Assembly (NCBI GenBank): GCA_017444965.1
Contig: JAFSVO010000098.1
Location: forward strand, 1-39,420
Origin: Clostridia bacterium
Lineage (GTDB): Bacteria > Bacillota > Clostridia > Oscillospirales > Butyricicoccaceae
Length of the DNA stretch: 39,420 nucleotides
Reading direction: 5' to 3'
A program made the position numbers and the translations under genes. The notes below the pieces were generated by a model. It saw only the letters and a program-made list of their open reading frames with translations, ran no database searches and had not been told where the DNA came from. Positions 7,546-16,946 of the stretch are shown here, in pieces. How positions within the stretch are numbered: the stretch's first letter is position 1; every line of letters starts with the position of its first letter.

Positions 7546-10248
7546 ATGAGCACCCTGAAGAAAATCTTCGCTCTGACGATTGCCATCGCTATGGTAATGT
7601 CGGTCGCAGTTTTTGCAGACTTCACTGACAAAAGCGCGATCAACTCCAAATGCGTAGACGACGTCAACCTTCTCTCCGCCATCGGCATAATCAACGGTTA
7701 TACCGACGGCACCTTCAAGCCCGAAGGCACCATCACCCGTGCCGAAGCTGCCAAAATGATCTACGTTTTGCGCAACGGCGGCGACGATGACGGCGCAGCG
7801 AGCTGGAAGGGCGCGGCATCCTTCACGGATGTACCGGCCACCGCTTGGTATGCGGGTTACGTAGCGTATTGCGCGCAGTACAACATAGTTGCCGGCCGCA
7901 GCGCGACGACCTTTGACCCCAACGCCAACGTCACGTCCCTTGAACTTGCCAAGATGCTCCTCGTTGTCGGCGGCTACAGAGCCGACGTCCAGGGCTATAC
8001 CGGCTCCGAATGGGCGACCAACGTCAGGAAAGACGCTGAGAGCGCGGGCCTCCTCGCCGGCTACGGCGCGGCCCTCACCACGGCTGCTCCCAGACAGTGG
8101 GCTGCCAAGATGTTCGCTAACTCCATCGACGCCAAGATGGCTGTTTACTACGGCGATATGCTCGCAGTCAACACCAAGGACGCGATGACTGTCGGCGAAA
8201 ATTACCTCAAGCTCGCGACGGACACCACTTTCGTTCTTGCTAACGAGAACTGGGCCATCGACGACGGCGCGACCGCTGCCGAAGGCAAGACCCGCTTTGA
8301 GAACCCGATCGCCGCTGCGGAAGATGATTTCGCGGTAGCAGATGACCTCGTCGGTAAGGAAGTCGTTGTTGCTTACACCGTTAAGAACAACAAGAACGTC
8401 ATCATAGGCGTATCCGAGACCGGCAAGACCGCTGCAGGCGCCATCACCATCACCAAGTCCGGTTCCGAGAACAACAGATACACCGTCGAAGTCGGCGGCA
8501 CCAAGCTCTGCTCTGCTGTTCTTGCTACCAAAGCGAACGACGTATTTGACAACGCGAAAGTCGTTTATTCTTCCATAGCTAAGGGCGAGACCCTCAGCGA
8601 AGCCAAGAAGAACGTCGGCGCTGCCGTCAACACGGTTGCCGATGCTTACAACCTCATAGCTGTCAATTCCGCCGATCAGACCTCGACCGCGTACGATAAG
8701 GACGGCGACGGCGATATCGACTATATCGTCATCAACCCCGTTTACTACGATGAGGTTTCCGGCGATCCCACCAGCACCCGCTTCAACACCACGTTCTATT
8801 CCTTCGATATCACCGATAACGACACGAAAGTTAAGTATGCTTCCGGTCTCCAGGATGAAGACTACGTCAAGATCATACCCGACTACGCGTCCGGCGAGAT
8901 AAAGATCGAAAAGCTGACCGAAGTAGTAGTAGGCGTTGTCTCCGGTACTGCCGGCGACAATAACGAGAAGTACGTCATCGGCGGCACCCCGTACGAGACC
9001 TTCTCCTACACCTCCGCTCTTGCGGCCAACCCGAACGAACTCTATGACAACACCGATGCTATCCTTAACAAACTCGGCCAGTCCGTAACGGCTTACACCG
9101 ACGGCAAGTACATCATCTTCGCCGAGCAGACCAAGGAGTCCGCGGCTACCGTTACCGGCAAGTTCGCGTACATCATCGACGCCTATGATTCCGATGCGGA
9201 AGGCCATACGACCGGCCTCATCAAGATCAAGGCCCTCCTTTCCAACGGCACCGTTGCCACGATGGAATTCGACACCAAGGCGAGCGCGACCGAGTATCTC
9301 CAGACCGCTGACCTCGGCAATCTTACCACCGGCAATATCGCTGACGTTCTCGTAGCCGGCAACGTCTATGAGTATGCCACCAACTCCGAAGGCAAGATCC
9401 GCCTCCGCAAGGCCCCGAAGGAAACCGTTGACGTCGACTTCACGAAGATCGATAACGCTGTCTTCGATTTCGACAAGCAGACCATAGGCGCTTACGGCAT
9501 TGATGAAGGCACCTACGCGTTTGTCAAGTACAATGAGAAGAAGGGCGACACCGACGCTTCTTACAAAGTTGTCAAGGCTTCCGAATTCAAGAACGGTATG
9601 GACGGCCAGAAGCTCACGGTTTATGCGCACTCCACCGCGAAGGGCACGATCAGCGCCGCTATAATCACGGTTTACGACGCGACTGCTCAGGGCGGCCTCA
9701 ATCCGGACGGCACGCTGCCCGGCATGACCGACACCAAGGTCGTATTCATCACCAGCAAGATGTACTACAAAGCCTATGATGCAGAAGACGAAGAGACCAA
9801 GAACTACATCCAGGGCATTGACATCAAGACCGGTGCGACCGAGACTTACGTCATAGCGAACGCTAACCCTGCTGACAAGATCTTCCAGGAGACCACTGAT
9901 ACCTCCGACCTCAGAGCCTCCTTCTTCGAACTCGAACCCGACGGAGACGAATACGTCTTTACGCCTGTTGCAGATGCCGGTTGGGTCATCGACTCCGTAT
10001 CCGGTGTTTCCTCCAAGGCGATCCAGCTTAAGGGCAAGGGCGTCATCAACTCCGGTGACGACGAAGTCAAGGACGTCAAGGTTTACGTCAGGAACAGCAA
10101 CAGCGGTGTCTCCGCCAGCTCCTTCAGCGCCATCACGGCTGCTAAGAACGACGCGAAGAACATCATGCTCCACTATGACGGAACCGAAATAGACATCATC
10201 GTCTATGCTTCCAACGCGTCCAGAGACGTTGACGGTTACTGGTATTAA
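7546..10248 (+). CDS. S-layer protein with N-terminal signal peptide and three SLH domains
   Basis: The signal peptide is MSTLKKIFALTIAIAMVMSVAVFA. The SLH repeats are FTD..GYTDGTFKPEGTITRAEAAKM, FTDVP...FDPNANVTSLELAKM, and a third, degenerate copy. The rest is Thr/Ala/Asp/Gly-rich with almost no Cys. SD is a strong AGGAGGA. Confidence 0.9.
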   Translation: MSTLKKIFALTIAIAMVMSVAVFADFTDKSAINSKCVDDVNLLSAIGIINGYTDGTFKPEGTITRAEAAKMIYVLRNGGDDDGAASWKGAASFTDVPATAWYAGYVAYCAQYNIVAGRSATTFDPNANVTSLELAKMLLVVGGYRADVQGYTGSEWATNVRKDAESAGLLAGYGAALTTAAPRQWAAKMFANSIDAKMAVYYGDMLAVNTKDAMTVGENYLKLATDTTFVLANENWAIDDGATAAEGKTRFENPIAAAEDDFAVADDLVGKEVVVAYTVKNNKNVIIGVSETGKTAAGAITITKSGSENNRYTVEVGGTKLCSAVLATKANDVFDNAKVVYSSIAKGETLSEAKKNVGAAVNTVADAYNLIAVNSADQTSTAYDKDGDGDIDYIVINPVYYDEVSGDPTSTRFNTTFYSFDITDNDTKVKYASGLQDEDYVKIIPDYASGEIKIEKLTEVVVGVVSGTAGDNNEKYVIGGTPYETFSYTSALAANPNELYDNTDAILNKLGQSVTAYTDGKYIIFAEQTKESAATVTGKFAYIIDAYDSDAEGHTTGLIKIKALLSNGTVATMEFDTKASATEYLQTADLGNLTTGNIADVLVAGNVYEYATNSEGKIRLRKAPKETVDVDFTKIDNAVFDFDKQTIGAYGIDEGTYAFVKYNEKKGDTDASYKVVKASEFKNGMDGQKLTVYAHSTAKGTISAAIITVYDATAQGGLNPDGTLPGMTDTKVVFITSKMYYKAYDAEDEETKNYIQGIDIKTGATETYVIANANPADKIFQETTDTSDLRASFFELEPDGDEYVFTPVADAGWVIDSVSGVSSKAIQLKGKGVINSGDDEVKDVKVYVRNSNSGVSASSFSAITAAKNDAKNIMLHYDGTEIDIIVYASNASRDVDGYWY

Positions 10249-10299
10249 TAACTGACCTGATAAGTCGACAAACCCGAGCGATCGGGTAGTATAAAGGGA

Positions 10300-10334
10300 G
10301 CCCCTCCGCGAAAGCGGAGGGGCTTTCCTTTTGC
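10300..10334 (+). terminator. Intrinsic terminator after the S-layer gene
   Basis: A 10-bp stem GCCCCTCCGC / GCGGAGGGGC with a GAAA tetraloop, followed by TTTCCTTTTGCCTTTTT. Confidence 0.8.
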
Positions 10335-10375
10335 CTTTTTGCTGCTTTTATTTTGCAAAACGGCAGATATTATTC

Positions 10376-10404
10376 TTGCCTTTTTATTGCCTTTGTGTTA
10401 AAAT
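10376..10404 (+). promoter_or_regulatory. Candidate promoter of the cpsC-cpsD-cpsB operon
   Basis: TTGCCT, a 17-nt spacer and TAAAAT, preceded by TGT (extended -10). Confidence 0.45.
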
Positions 10405-10466
10405 CAAAGAGTAATAATGGATAAATATACTGGTATGGTATATCCTCAAAAAGAAGAGGTGCGGAA

Positions 10467-11225
10467 ATGAACGAAAAAAAGGATTATATGGAAATAGATC
10501 TGCTGAGATTGGGCAGAGCGATACTCAAGCGCTGGTGGCTTATCGCGATAGTTTCAATACTCGGCGGCGTGATAGCGTTCGGGTACGCGTCGTATTTTGT
10601 CAAGCCGACTTATACGTCTAAGGCGCAGATACTCGTCGTGAACAGCGCCGCGAGCAATACCGCCGGCAGAAACCCGACGGCGTCAGAGCTTAACGCGGCG
10701 CAGCAGCTCGCGAACACTTATATGGTCATTATCAAATCGACCTCTACTATGAAAAGAGTCATGGATAAGCTCGGCATCAACGTTTCTCCCGAAGTGCTGC
10801 AGAGGATGATAAAGACCGAAATAGTGCCCGACACCGAGATATTCAAGGTAAAGGTCACGGCGTTGTCCCCCGAGGGCGCGAAGCAGATAGCCGACGCGCT
10901 CGTCGAGGTCTTCCCCGAGGAGATACCTTATCCGAACAGCGTGCTCAACGTTATTGAAGAGCCCGACCTGCCGAGGTCGAGGACCTCGCCCAACCGCACG
11001 AGATACGCCTTCATCGGTATGGTCTTAGGCTTCATTTTAAGCGCCGGCATAGTCGTTATCACCGATATGACCGACGATATCATCCGCAGCGAGGATCACC
11101 TCGTACAGAATTACGATCTGCCGATACTCGTCGTCATACCCGACCTTCACGATTACGGCGAAGGACATTCGACGGGATATTACCGTTACTCCTCATCTAA
11201 ACCCAAGGAAGGAGAAACAAAATGA
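10467..11225 (+). CDS. Wzz/CpsC/YwqC-type chain-length determinant (tyrosine-kinase transmembrane modulator)
   Basis: 252 aa. It has the N-terminal DLLRL..ILKRWWLI transmembrane helix, an extracytoplasmic loop, and a second transmembrane helix near the C-terminus. Its stop overlaps the kinase start (ATGA). Confidence 0.85.
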   Translation: MNEKKDYMEIDLLRLGRAILKRWWLIAIVSILGGVIAFGYASYFVKPTYTSKAQILVVNSAASNTAGRNPTASELNAAQQLANTYMVIIKSTSTMKRVMDKLGINVSPEVLQRMIKTEIVPDTEIFKVKVTALSPEGAKQIADALVEVFPEEIPYPNSVLNVIEEPDLPRSRTSPNRTRYAFIGMVLGFILSAGIVVITDMTDDIIRSEDHLVQNYDLPILVVIPDLHDYGEGHSTGYYRYSSSKPKEGETK

Positions 11226-12046
11226 TCACCATAAAGAAGAAAGACAAAAACGGCAATACCAAGACAATAGAAGTAAGACAGACGATAGGCAAGAACTTAA
11301 GCTTTTCCGCGTCCGAGGCGTATAAGCTTTTAAGGACGAATATACTTTTCTCGATAGCAAGCGACAAAAAGTGCAAAACGGTAGGCATCACCTCGGCTCT
11401 CGCGGGCGAGGGAAAATCCACCACGGCGATAAACCTCGCCTACACGATGGCGGAGGCGAACAAAAAGGTCCTTCTGCTCGAGTGCGATATGCGCCGCCCG
11501 AGTATCGCGAAAAAGCTTGAGCTTCGCGGCACGCCCGGCCTTTCGAACGTTCTCGCGGGCCTCAGCACGTTGGAAGAGGCCACGCAGTCGGCGCTTTTGA
11601 ACGATCTTTATATAATCACCGCGGGCGATATCCCGCCGAATCCCTCCGAGCTTCTGGATTCCGAAGCGATGAAGCATACGCTCGAGCAGCTTAAGGAAAT
11701 ATACGATTTCATTATTTTCGACCTGCCCCCCGTAACGCTCGTGTCCGACGCCCTTATCGTATCCAAGCTGGTCGACGGCATAGGGCTCGTCGTGCGCCAG
11801 AATTACAACAGCAGGCAGGCGTTATCCGACGCCGTCAATCTTTTCAAGTTCACCGAGGGCAAGCTTCTCGGCTTTATCGTGACCGGTTCGATCAGCACCA
11901 AAAAAGGCTACTATAAGAAGTACAGCAAAAAATATAATTATTACAGAAAGAGCTACGGCTACGGTTACGGCTACGGTTACGGATACGGACAGAAAAAGGT
12001 ATCTTCCATCTTTAATAAGGAAACAGACAAAAAGACCGAAAAATGA
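11222..12046 (+). CDS. CpsD/CapB/YwqD-type bacterial tyrosine kinase (BY-kinase)
   Basis: It has Walker A GEGKST, a Walker A'-like LLLECD, Walker B IIFDLPP, and a C-terminal tyrosine cluster YYKKYSKKYNYYRKSYGYGYGYGYGYG. Confidence 0.9.
   Translation: MITIKKKDKNGNTKTIEVRQTIGKNLSFSASEAYKLLRTNILFSIASDKKCKTVGITSALAGEGKSTTAINLAYTMAEANKKVLLLECDMRRPSIAKKLELRGTPGLSNVLAGLSTLEEATQSALLNDLYIITAGDIPPNPSELLDSEAMKHTLEQLKEIYDFIIFDLPPVTLVSDALIVSKLVDGIGLVVRQNYNSRQALSDAVNLFKFTEGKLLGFIVTGSISTKKGYYKKYSKKYNYYRKSYGYGYGYGYGYGQKKVSSIFNKETDKKTEK
11954..11989 (+). repeat. In-frame hexanucleotide microsatellite (TACGGN)x6 encoding (YG)6
   Basis: tacggc tacggt tacggc tacggt tacgga tacgga, in the kinase reading frame. 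Confidence 0.9.
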
Positions 12047-12711
12047 CCGATTATCATACTCATATCCTTCCCGGAATAGACGACGGATGTCAGACGGTCG
12101 AGGAAAGCGTTGCCGTGCTGAACATGCTGAAGGAGCAGGGGGTCACGCGGGTCTACGCCACCTCCCATTACTATTCGGGGCAGAACAGTCCGGAAACTTT
12201 TTTAAGGCGCAGAGAAAGCGCCTGGCAAAAGCTTAAACCGTATCTTACGCCCGATATGCCCGAGGTGCTGCTCGGGGCGGAGATAGAATACTTCGACGGC
12301 ATGAGCCGTATAAAGGGCGTTTACGACTTAGCGCTTGAGGGAACGCGCATTTTGCTTATCGAGATGCCGGAAGAGCGCTGGTCTTACCGCACGGTAAGCG
12401 AGATTCTTGAAATAAACGGCAACAGCGGGTATACCGTGATGATAGCTCACGTCGACAGGTACGCCCTTTTTCAAAAGAAAAACACGCTGAAGGCGCTTGT
12501 ATCGGAAGGCGTCATTATGCAGGGCTCGGCTGATTTTTTCGCGCTTCCTCCGACAAGGAAGAAAGCTTTGAAAATGCTCAGGAAAAACGAGATACACGTG
12601 CTGGGAACAGACGCGCACGACCCTGTTTCAAGACCGCCGAGGATGAAGCAGGCTGCGGAAGTGATAGAAAAGCGTTTCGGCGAAGGCGTGTTGGCGGACC
12701 TTATAGTCTGA
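12043..12711 (+). CDS. CpsB/YwqE-type PHP-family protein-tyrosine phosphatase
   Basis: The N-terminal DYHTHILPGIDDG motif is diagnostic of CpsB-like Mn-dependent phosphotyrosine phosphatases. Its start overlaps the kinase stop (ATGA). Confidence 0.9.
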   Translation: MTDYHTHILPGIDDGCQTVEESVAVLNMLKEQGVTRVYATSHYYSGQNSPETFLRRRESAWQKLKPYLTPDMPEVLLGAEIEYFDGMSRIKGVYDLALEGTRILLIEMPEERWSYRTVSEILEINGNSGYTVMIAHVDRYALFQKKNTLKALVSEGVIMQGSADFFALPPTRKKALKMLRKNEIHVLGTDAHDPVSRPPRMKQAAEVIEKRFGEGVLADLIV

Positions 12712-12733
12712 TTTCTAAGAGGTGCAGCTGCTT

Positions 12734-12859
12734 ATGAAAAAGTTATATGAAGCTCCGGCGGCGGAGATATTCGTTCTGAAAACGCAGAACGTTCTCGGCG
12801 CGTCGGATCCGTATAACAACGAAGGATATCTTGAATGGGATTTCGAGGGAGGAAACTGA
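12734..12859 (+). CDS. Candidate 41-aa small protein (MKKLYEAPAAEIFVLKTQNVLGASDPYNNEGYLEWDFEGGN)
   Basis: It is not in the ORF track because it is under 60 aa. AAGAGGTG lies about 10 nt upstream of the ATG. The TGA at 12857-12859 sits 1 nt before the ATG of the next gene, whose SD is embedded in the small ORF's 3' end. Confidence 0.35.
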   Translation: MKKLYEAPAAEIFVLKTQNVLGASDPYNNEGYLEWDFEGGN

Positions 12860-12860
12860 G

Positions 12861-15800
12861 ATGAAAAAATTGTTATCCGTTCTGATAGCGGCCGTGATGA
12901 TAGCGTCCTTGTTTCCCGTTCTTCCCGCGGCGGCTGCCGCCACCCCCGAGACAGACATAATCGCGTATAACCTTATAAACGCCGACAACGTTTATATCGC
13001 CTATCTCGCGTCTTTCGAGAACGTGCCGTCCGGCGCGGAAAAAGGCGTGCTCGTATGGACGGCGCCTCAGGCGGATTACACTTACGCGAACGCCGAGTAT
13101 CAGCTTTCCTCGAGCGGCAAGAACGGCGTTTACGACGTCTTCGAATTCCGTCATCTTTCGGCGCGCAAAATGACCGACGATATTTACGCGGTCTCTTATA
13201 TCAAAAAGGACGCGCAGATTTATTACGGCAGTCTTACAAAGTACAGCGTGCTCCAGTACGTTTATAACAAAATGGGGAAAACGAGCTCAAGCGGCACGAC
13301 GTCCGTCGCGCTTTTAGAGGTGCTTGCCTCCATGCTCGACTGGGGCGCTTCCGCGCAGAGATATTTCGACTATAATACGGATCGCCTCGCGAGCGAAAAC
13401 TTTTATCAGATAAAGATAGAGGGCGGCACCCTGCCCGACGGCACGCGCAGAGGCCTTTTCAAAGAGGGCGACAGCGTTACCGTGACGACCGACGGCACGG
13501 TGGCTTATCCCGCGTGGGTAGACGACGCGGGTCTTGTCCTCGGCAACGGGCCGACGCTTACCTTTAAGGTCGGCAAAGAAAACAGGGTTATTTCCGCGAA
13601 AAAGAAATACGTCGTCTGCTATTTCGGCGACAGCGTGCTTTCAAACAACTACACGGGCGACTACGTCAGACAGTTCGCCGCAGCCGACGGCATACTTGTA
13701 AACAGTATCGCGAGAACTTACTACACGCTCGACAAAAACGGCACCTCGTCCTGCTACGACCCGTACGAATTATACGACTGGACCAATTCGTCGAGCCCCG
13801 TTATAAAAACCAACTCAGCCGCGGCGCGCCGTATGGTAGCGGCGCTTACGAACGAAAATCAGCCGGTCGACTTTTTCGTGATGGATACCGGCCGCGGCAG
13901 AACGATGTTTTCGGGCCTGTCCTTTTCGACCCGCTCGAAAACGGCGACAAGGAAGATATATAACGATTATCTTGCGTCCAAAGGCGGCAAAATGCTTCTT
14001 TTAGCCCCTCCGGGGTTTCAGGACGGCTCTTTGCAGTTTGACGTAACGCAGTATACGTCGGGTCAGACCGAATACAAAATAAGCAGCCTCGCGGGCGACC
14101 GCTCGGCGCACAATACGGTAATAAAGAATTACGCGAACAGCGTCGCGTCTTACGTCGGCGGCAACAGCTCGGTCGCCCTGATAGGCGACGCGGTCGAGTA
14201 TTTCATTGAGAATTATTCCGACACAAATATAGACCTTTACGAAAAGGACGGCGTTTACTTCAGCCGCGCCGGCGCGTATTTTGAAGCGTGCCTGCTCTAT
14301 TCGTACATGTTCGGAAAACAGACGTCCGGCATAGAGGTTTACGGCGTGCTTGACGAAGGCACGGCGAAGATCATGCAGGCGGCGTCCGACGCGTATCTCG
14401 CGCACGCGGGAAAGACGCTTACGCCGCACGTCAGCTCCGGCTCCGAAGGATTTAAGGCGAGCGCGGTCATAGACCCGCGTCTTCTGCCCGCGAGCCCCGA
14501 CGTTACCAAGACCGAGACGTATCACGCAAATTACGACGCGCTTCTTTCGGTCGCGCAGGCGTATTACGCGAGGGGCGCGCTTGCCCAGTACGACGACAGC
14601 TCGACTATATACAAACGTTTTTCAACGAGCAATCTGCCCGAGAACGCCACAGTTCAAAAGACGCTTTATTTAAACTGCGCGACCTTCGTTCACAACGTCT
14701 ATAAAAACGCGTTCGGCTTTAATTTCGGCGGTTACGCGGTCACGTGGAACATGCTGAGGCAGGCGGTCAACGCCGACATTAAGGTCTTCAGCATACCGAC
14801 GGGCGGCATCACGAGCGAATACGGCGGCGACGTCGCGGCGGCGAGAGCGGCGTTTATGTCGGTGCTCGAGCCGGGCGACGTAATAATCAAATACAGCGAC
14901 TCGGTAGGAAACGGCCACGCTATGCTTTATCTCGGCAACGGCATGATAGTGCACAGCACGTCGGGTCACCAGTCGGGCGGCACTTCAAGCTATGATATGA
15001 ATATACCCGCGGAAAGCTATGAGGCGCGCGGCACGGTATGCTTCGATCCCGTTTCTGTCTGCATAGACGAAAACGGAAGCAGCTTTATGTTTGAAGACAC
15101 GTGGGAGGTCGGTATTTTAAGGCCCTTCTTAAGAGGTCTTACGCCAACCGAGCAGACAACAAGGCGTATGAACAATCTTTCGGGCCTCGTCGTTTCCCGC
15201 CTTACGAGCGCGCCCGAGGGGACGAGCGTTTCTCCCGGCGCCGACGTGACCTTTACCTTCTCGGCAAGGAACGACACCTCTTCGGTCAAGACGGTAGAGT
15301 TCGGCGAGGCGCTCGACTCGAACCTCACTTTTAAACACGGCGATTTCACTTATTATTCGGCTTACGGCAAGTATTACAAGACGCTGACGATAGCTCCCGG
15401 CGAGACGTGCTTCGCAAGCTACACGGCGACTGTAAAGAGCACGGTCGCCGACGGAACGGTGCTCGCGTGCGCGTCGGCAACGGCGAACGGCATGACTATA
15501 AACGCGACGCCCGTGCTTGTAAAGAACTCGTTCACTCCGCTTTATTTCGCGGAAAAGCTTGAAAGCGCGTCAAAGGCGGGCGCGAACGATTACGCCCTTA
15601 TCTCGGGCGTTTACAGCGAGGCGTTCGGCTATACTCTGCCCTTTACTTCGGCAAGCGATCTTTTCTCAAAGGTGTTCACCGTATCCGGCGGCACGGCGTC
15701 TCTTAATACGGCGTCCAATACGACCCGCGCGCTCGTGGCGTCGAACCTCTACGGCGGCAAGGATTTCCGCGAGGGCTCGGCGGCAAGCAGGATAATGACG

Positions 15801-16928
15801 ACGGCGCCCAACGCTATCATGCCGGGCGACGTGATCTACTACGCCGCGGACGTGAACGGCGCGTCCCCCGCGCTTTACCTGTGCGTAAGGCCGGGCGTTC
15901 TGGCGCATACCGAGGGCGGCGCCTACCTCGAGCTTTCCAAAGCCGACAGCGGCGATATCATCGAGTCGCTTTTCGGACAAAGCGTTTTCTGCGTGCTTCG
16001 TCCGGCGTTCGCCATAGGGCGGTCGCTTACCGCCAAAAAGGCGTTCGTCTTCGGCGACGCGACGATGTACGGAATGCAGGATATACTTATGCCGATGATG
16101 AACGAGGCGGGCTATTCGCTCACGATAAGCGCGACCACGTCGTTCAATCTGCCCGGCACGGTGAATTCCTACAACATAAACGAGCTGTTCAACTATAACG
16201 ACGACAACAGCGAGGTGACCGGCTTCTACACCTACGGCGCGAACCTTCAGAGCGTGCTCGCGAACGCCTCTCTGACAGATTATTTCATAATTCCGACCGG
16301 CTCCAACTGGACGCTTATCGACGGCTACCGCAGGACGCGCGCCCTCACCGCGATGAACTACCTGCAGGGCGCGATTAAGGCGCATAACCCGAACGCGAAG
16401 CTTATCCTTATGGTATCGCCCCCGTACGAAGACGGCTACGATTTTACACAGATCTGCAGCGGCGGTCTGTCTTCGCTTACCTCGTTTGCCGACCATAACG
16501 CGGCGATAGAGGCGTTCAAGCAGGATATTTTAGACAATCTTGACGACGTTTCCAACGTGATAGTAGTCGCGGCGAACGACTCGTTTGCCGAAATACTCGA
16601 AAACGAGCCGGATATCGGGCTTTATCTTAACAATATCCAGAACGCGATATCCTACAGAGACGCGCAGGACGTCACGCAGAAGGTCTACAAGACTGTCAAC
16701 GGCCACAGATTCCCGACGCTTGAGGGACAGTATCTTATCGCCTGCAACCTCTTCAAGGCGATGACGGGCAAGGCGCCCGCGGGTCTGTCTTCGCTCGGCA
16801 AGGTGACGGACTACGTCGCCGAAAAGCTTCAGGGCGCGGTCGGCGCGTCCTCGGCGCCCGTGATCCCCGACGACGACAATCCGATAGGCAATAATGACGA
16901 CCTTTCGGGCGACTGGACGGACGACTGA
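12861..16928 (+). CDS. Secreted 1355-aa multidomain protein: two SGNH/GDSL-like modules flanking an NlpC/P60-like Cys-His domain
   Basis: The start is set at MKKLLSVLIAAVMIASLFPVLPAAAA (signal peptide; SD GGGAGGAAA). The first module has a GDS block (VVCYFGDSVLS) and the second has GDA (AFVFGDATMYG). Both modules end in ...G(A/Q)Y(F/L)..C.L(Y/F)..(M/T)(F/G)K-type helices. The central domain has LNCATFVHNVY and GNGHAMLYLGNGMIVHS, the Cys...His...His spacing of NlpC/P60. No SLH or LPXTG anchor is seen. Confidence 0.75.
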   Translation: MKKLLSVLIAAVMIASLFPVLPAAAAATPETDIIAYNLINADNVYIAYLASFENVPSGAEKGVLVWTAPQADYTYANAEYQLSSSGKNGVYDVFEFRHLSARKMTDDIYAVSYIKKDAQIYYGSLTKYSVLQYVYNKMGKTSSSGTTSVALLEVLASMLDWGASAQRYFDYNTDRLASENFYQIKIEGGTLPDGTRRGLFKEGDSVTVTTDGTVAYPAWVDDAGLVLGNGPTLTFKVGKENRVISAKKKYVVCYFGDSVLSNNYTGDYVRQFAAADGILVNSIARTYYTLDKNGTSSCYDPYELYDWTNSSSPVIKTNSAAARRMVAALTNENQPVDFFVMDTGRGRTMFSGLSFSTRSKTATRKIYNDYLASKGGKMLLLAPPGFQDGSLQFDVTQYTSGQTEYKISSLAGDRSAHNTVIKNYANSVASYVGGNSSVALIGDAVEYFIENYSDTNIDLYEKDGVYFSRAGAYFEACLLYSYMFGKQTSGIEVYGVLDEGTAKIMQAASDAYLAHAGKTLTPHVSSGSEGFKASAVIDPRLLPASPDVTKTETYHANYDALLSVAQAYYARGALAQYDDSSTIYKRFSTSNLPENATVQKTLYLNCATFVHNVYKNAFGFNFGGYAVTWNMLRQAVNADIKVFSIPTGGITSEYGGDVAAARAAFMSVLEPGDVIIKYSDSVGNGHAMLYLGNGMIVHSTSGHQSGGTSSYDMNIPAESYEARGTVCFDPVSVCIDENGSSFMFEDTWEVGILRPFLRGLTPTEQTTRRMNNLSGLVVSRLTSAPEGTSVSPGADVTFTFSARNDTSSVKTVEFGEALDSNLTFKHGDFTYYSAYGKYYKTLTIAPGETCFASYTATVKSTVADGTVLACASATANGMTINATPVLVKNSFTPLYFAEKLESASKAGANDYALISGVYSEAFGYTLPFTSASDLFSKVFTVSGGTASLNTASNTTRALVASNLYGGKDFREGSAASRIMTTAPNAIMPGDVIYYAADVNGASPALYLCVRPGVLAHTEGGAYLELSKADSGDIIESLFGQSVFCVLRPAFAIGRSLTAKKAFVFGDATMYGMQDILMPMMNEAGYSLTISATTSFNLPGTVNSYNINELFNYNDDNSEVTGFYTYGANLQSVLANASLTDYFIIPTGSNWTLIDGYRRTRALTAMNYLQGAIKAHNPNAKLILMVSPPYEDGYDFTQICSGGLSSLTSFADHNAAIEAFKQDILDNLDDVSNVIVVAANDSFAEILENEPDIGLYLNNIQNAISYRDAQDVTQKVYKTVNGHRFPTLEGQYLIACNLFKAMTGKAPAGLSSLGKVTDYVAEKLQGAVGASSAPVIPDDDNPIGNNDDLSGDWTDD

Positions 16929-16946
16929 TCTTATAAAAAGCATAAT

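Noticed and set aside
7528-10173. 881-aa ORF on the minus strand, antisense to the S-layer gene
   Set aside because: It is a shadow frame of a strongly codon-biased gene. The product is a low-complexity Gly/Val/Asp/Arg-rich string with no start context or motifs. The plus-strand frame has an SD, a signal peptide and SLH domains.
10417-10470. 17-codon uORF (MDKYTGMVYPQKEEVRK) overlapping the cpsC start by ATGA
   Set aside because: It is very short and has only a weak SD-like GAG. Its start would sit within a few nt of the predicted transcription start, so it is probably chance.
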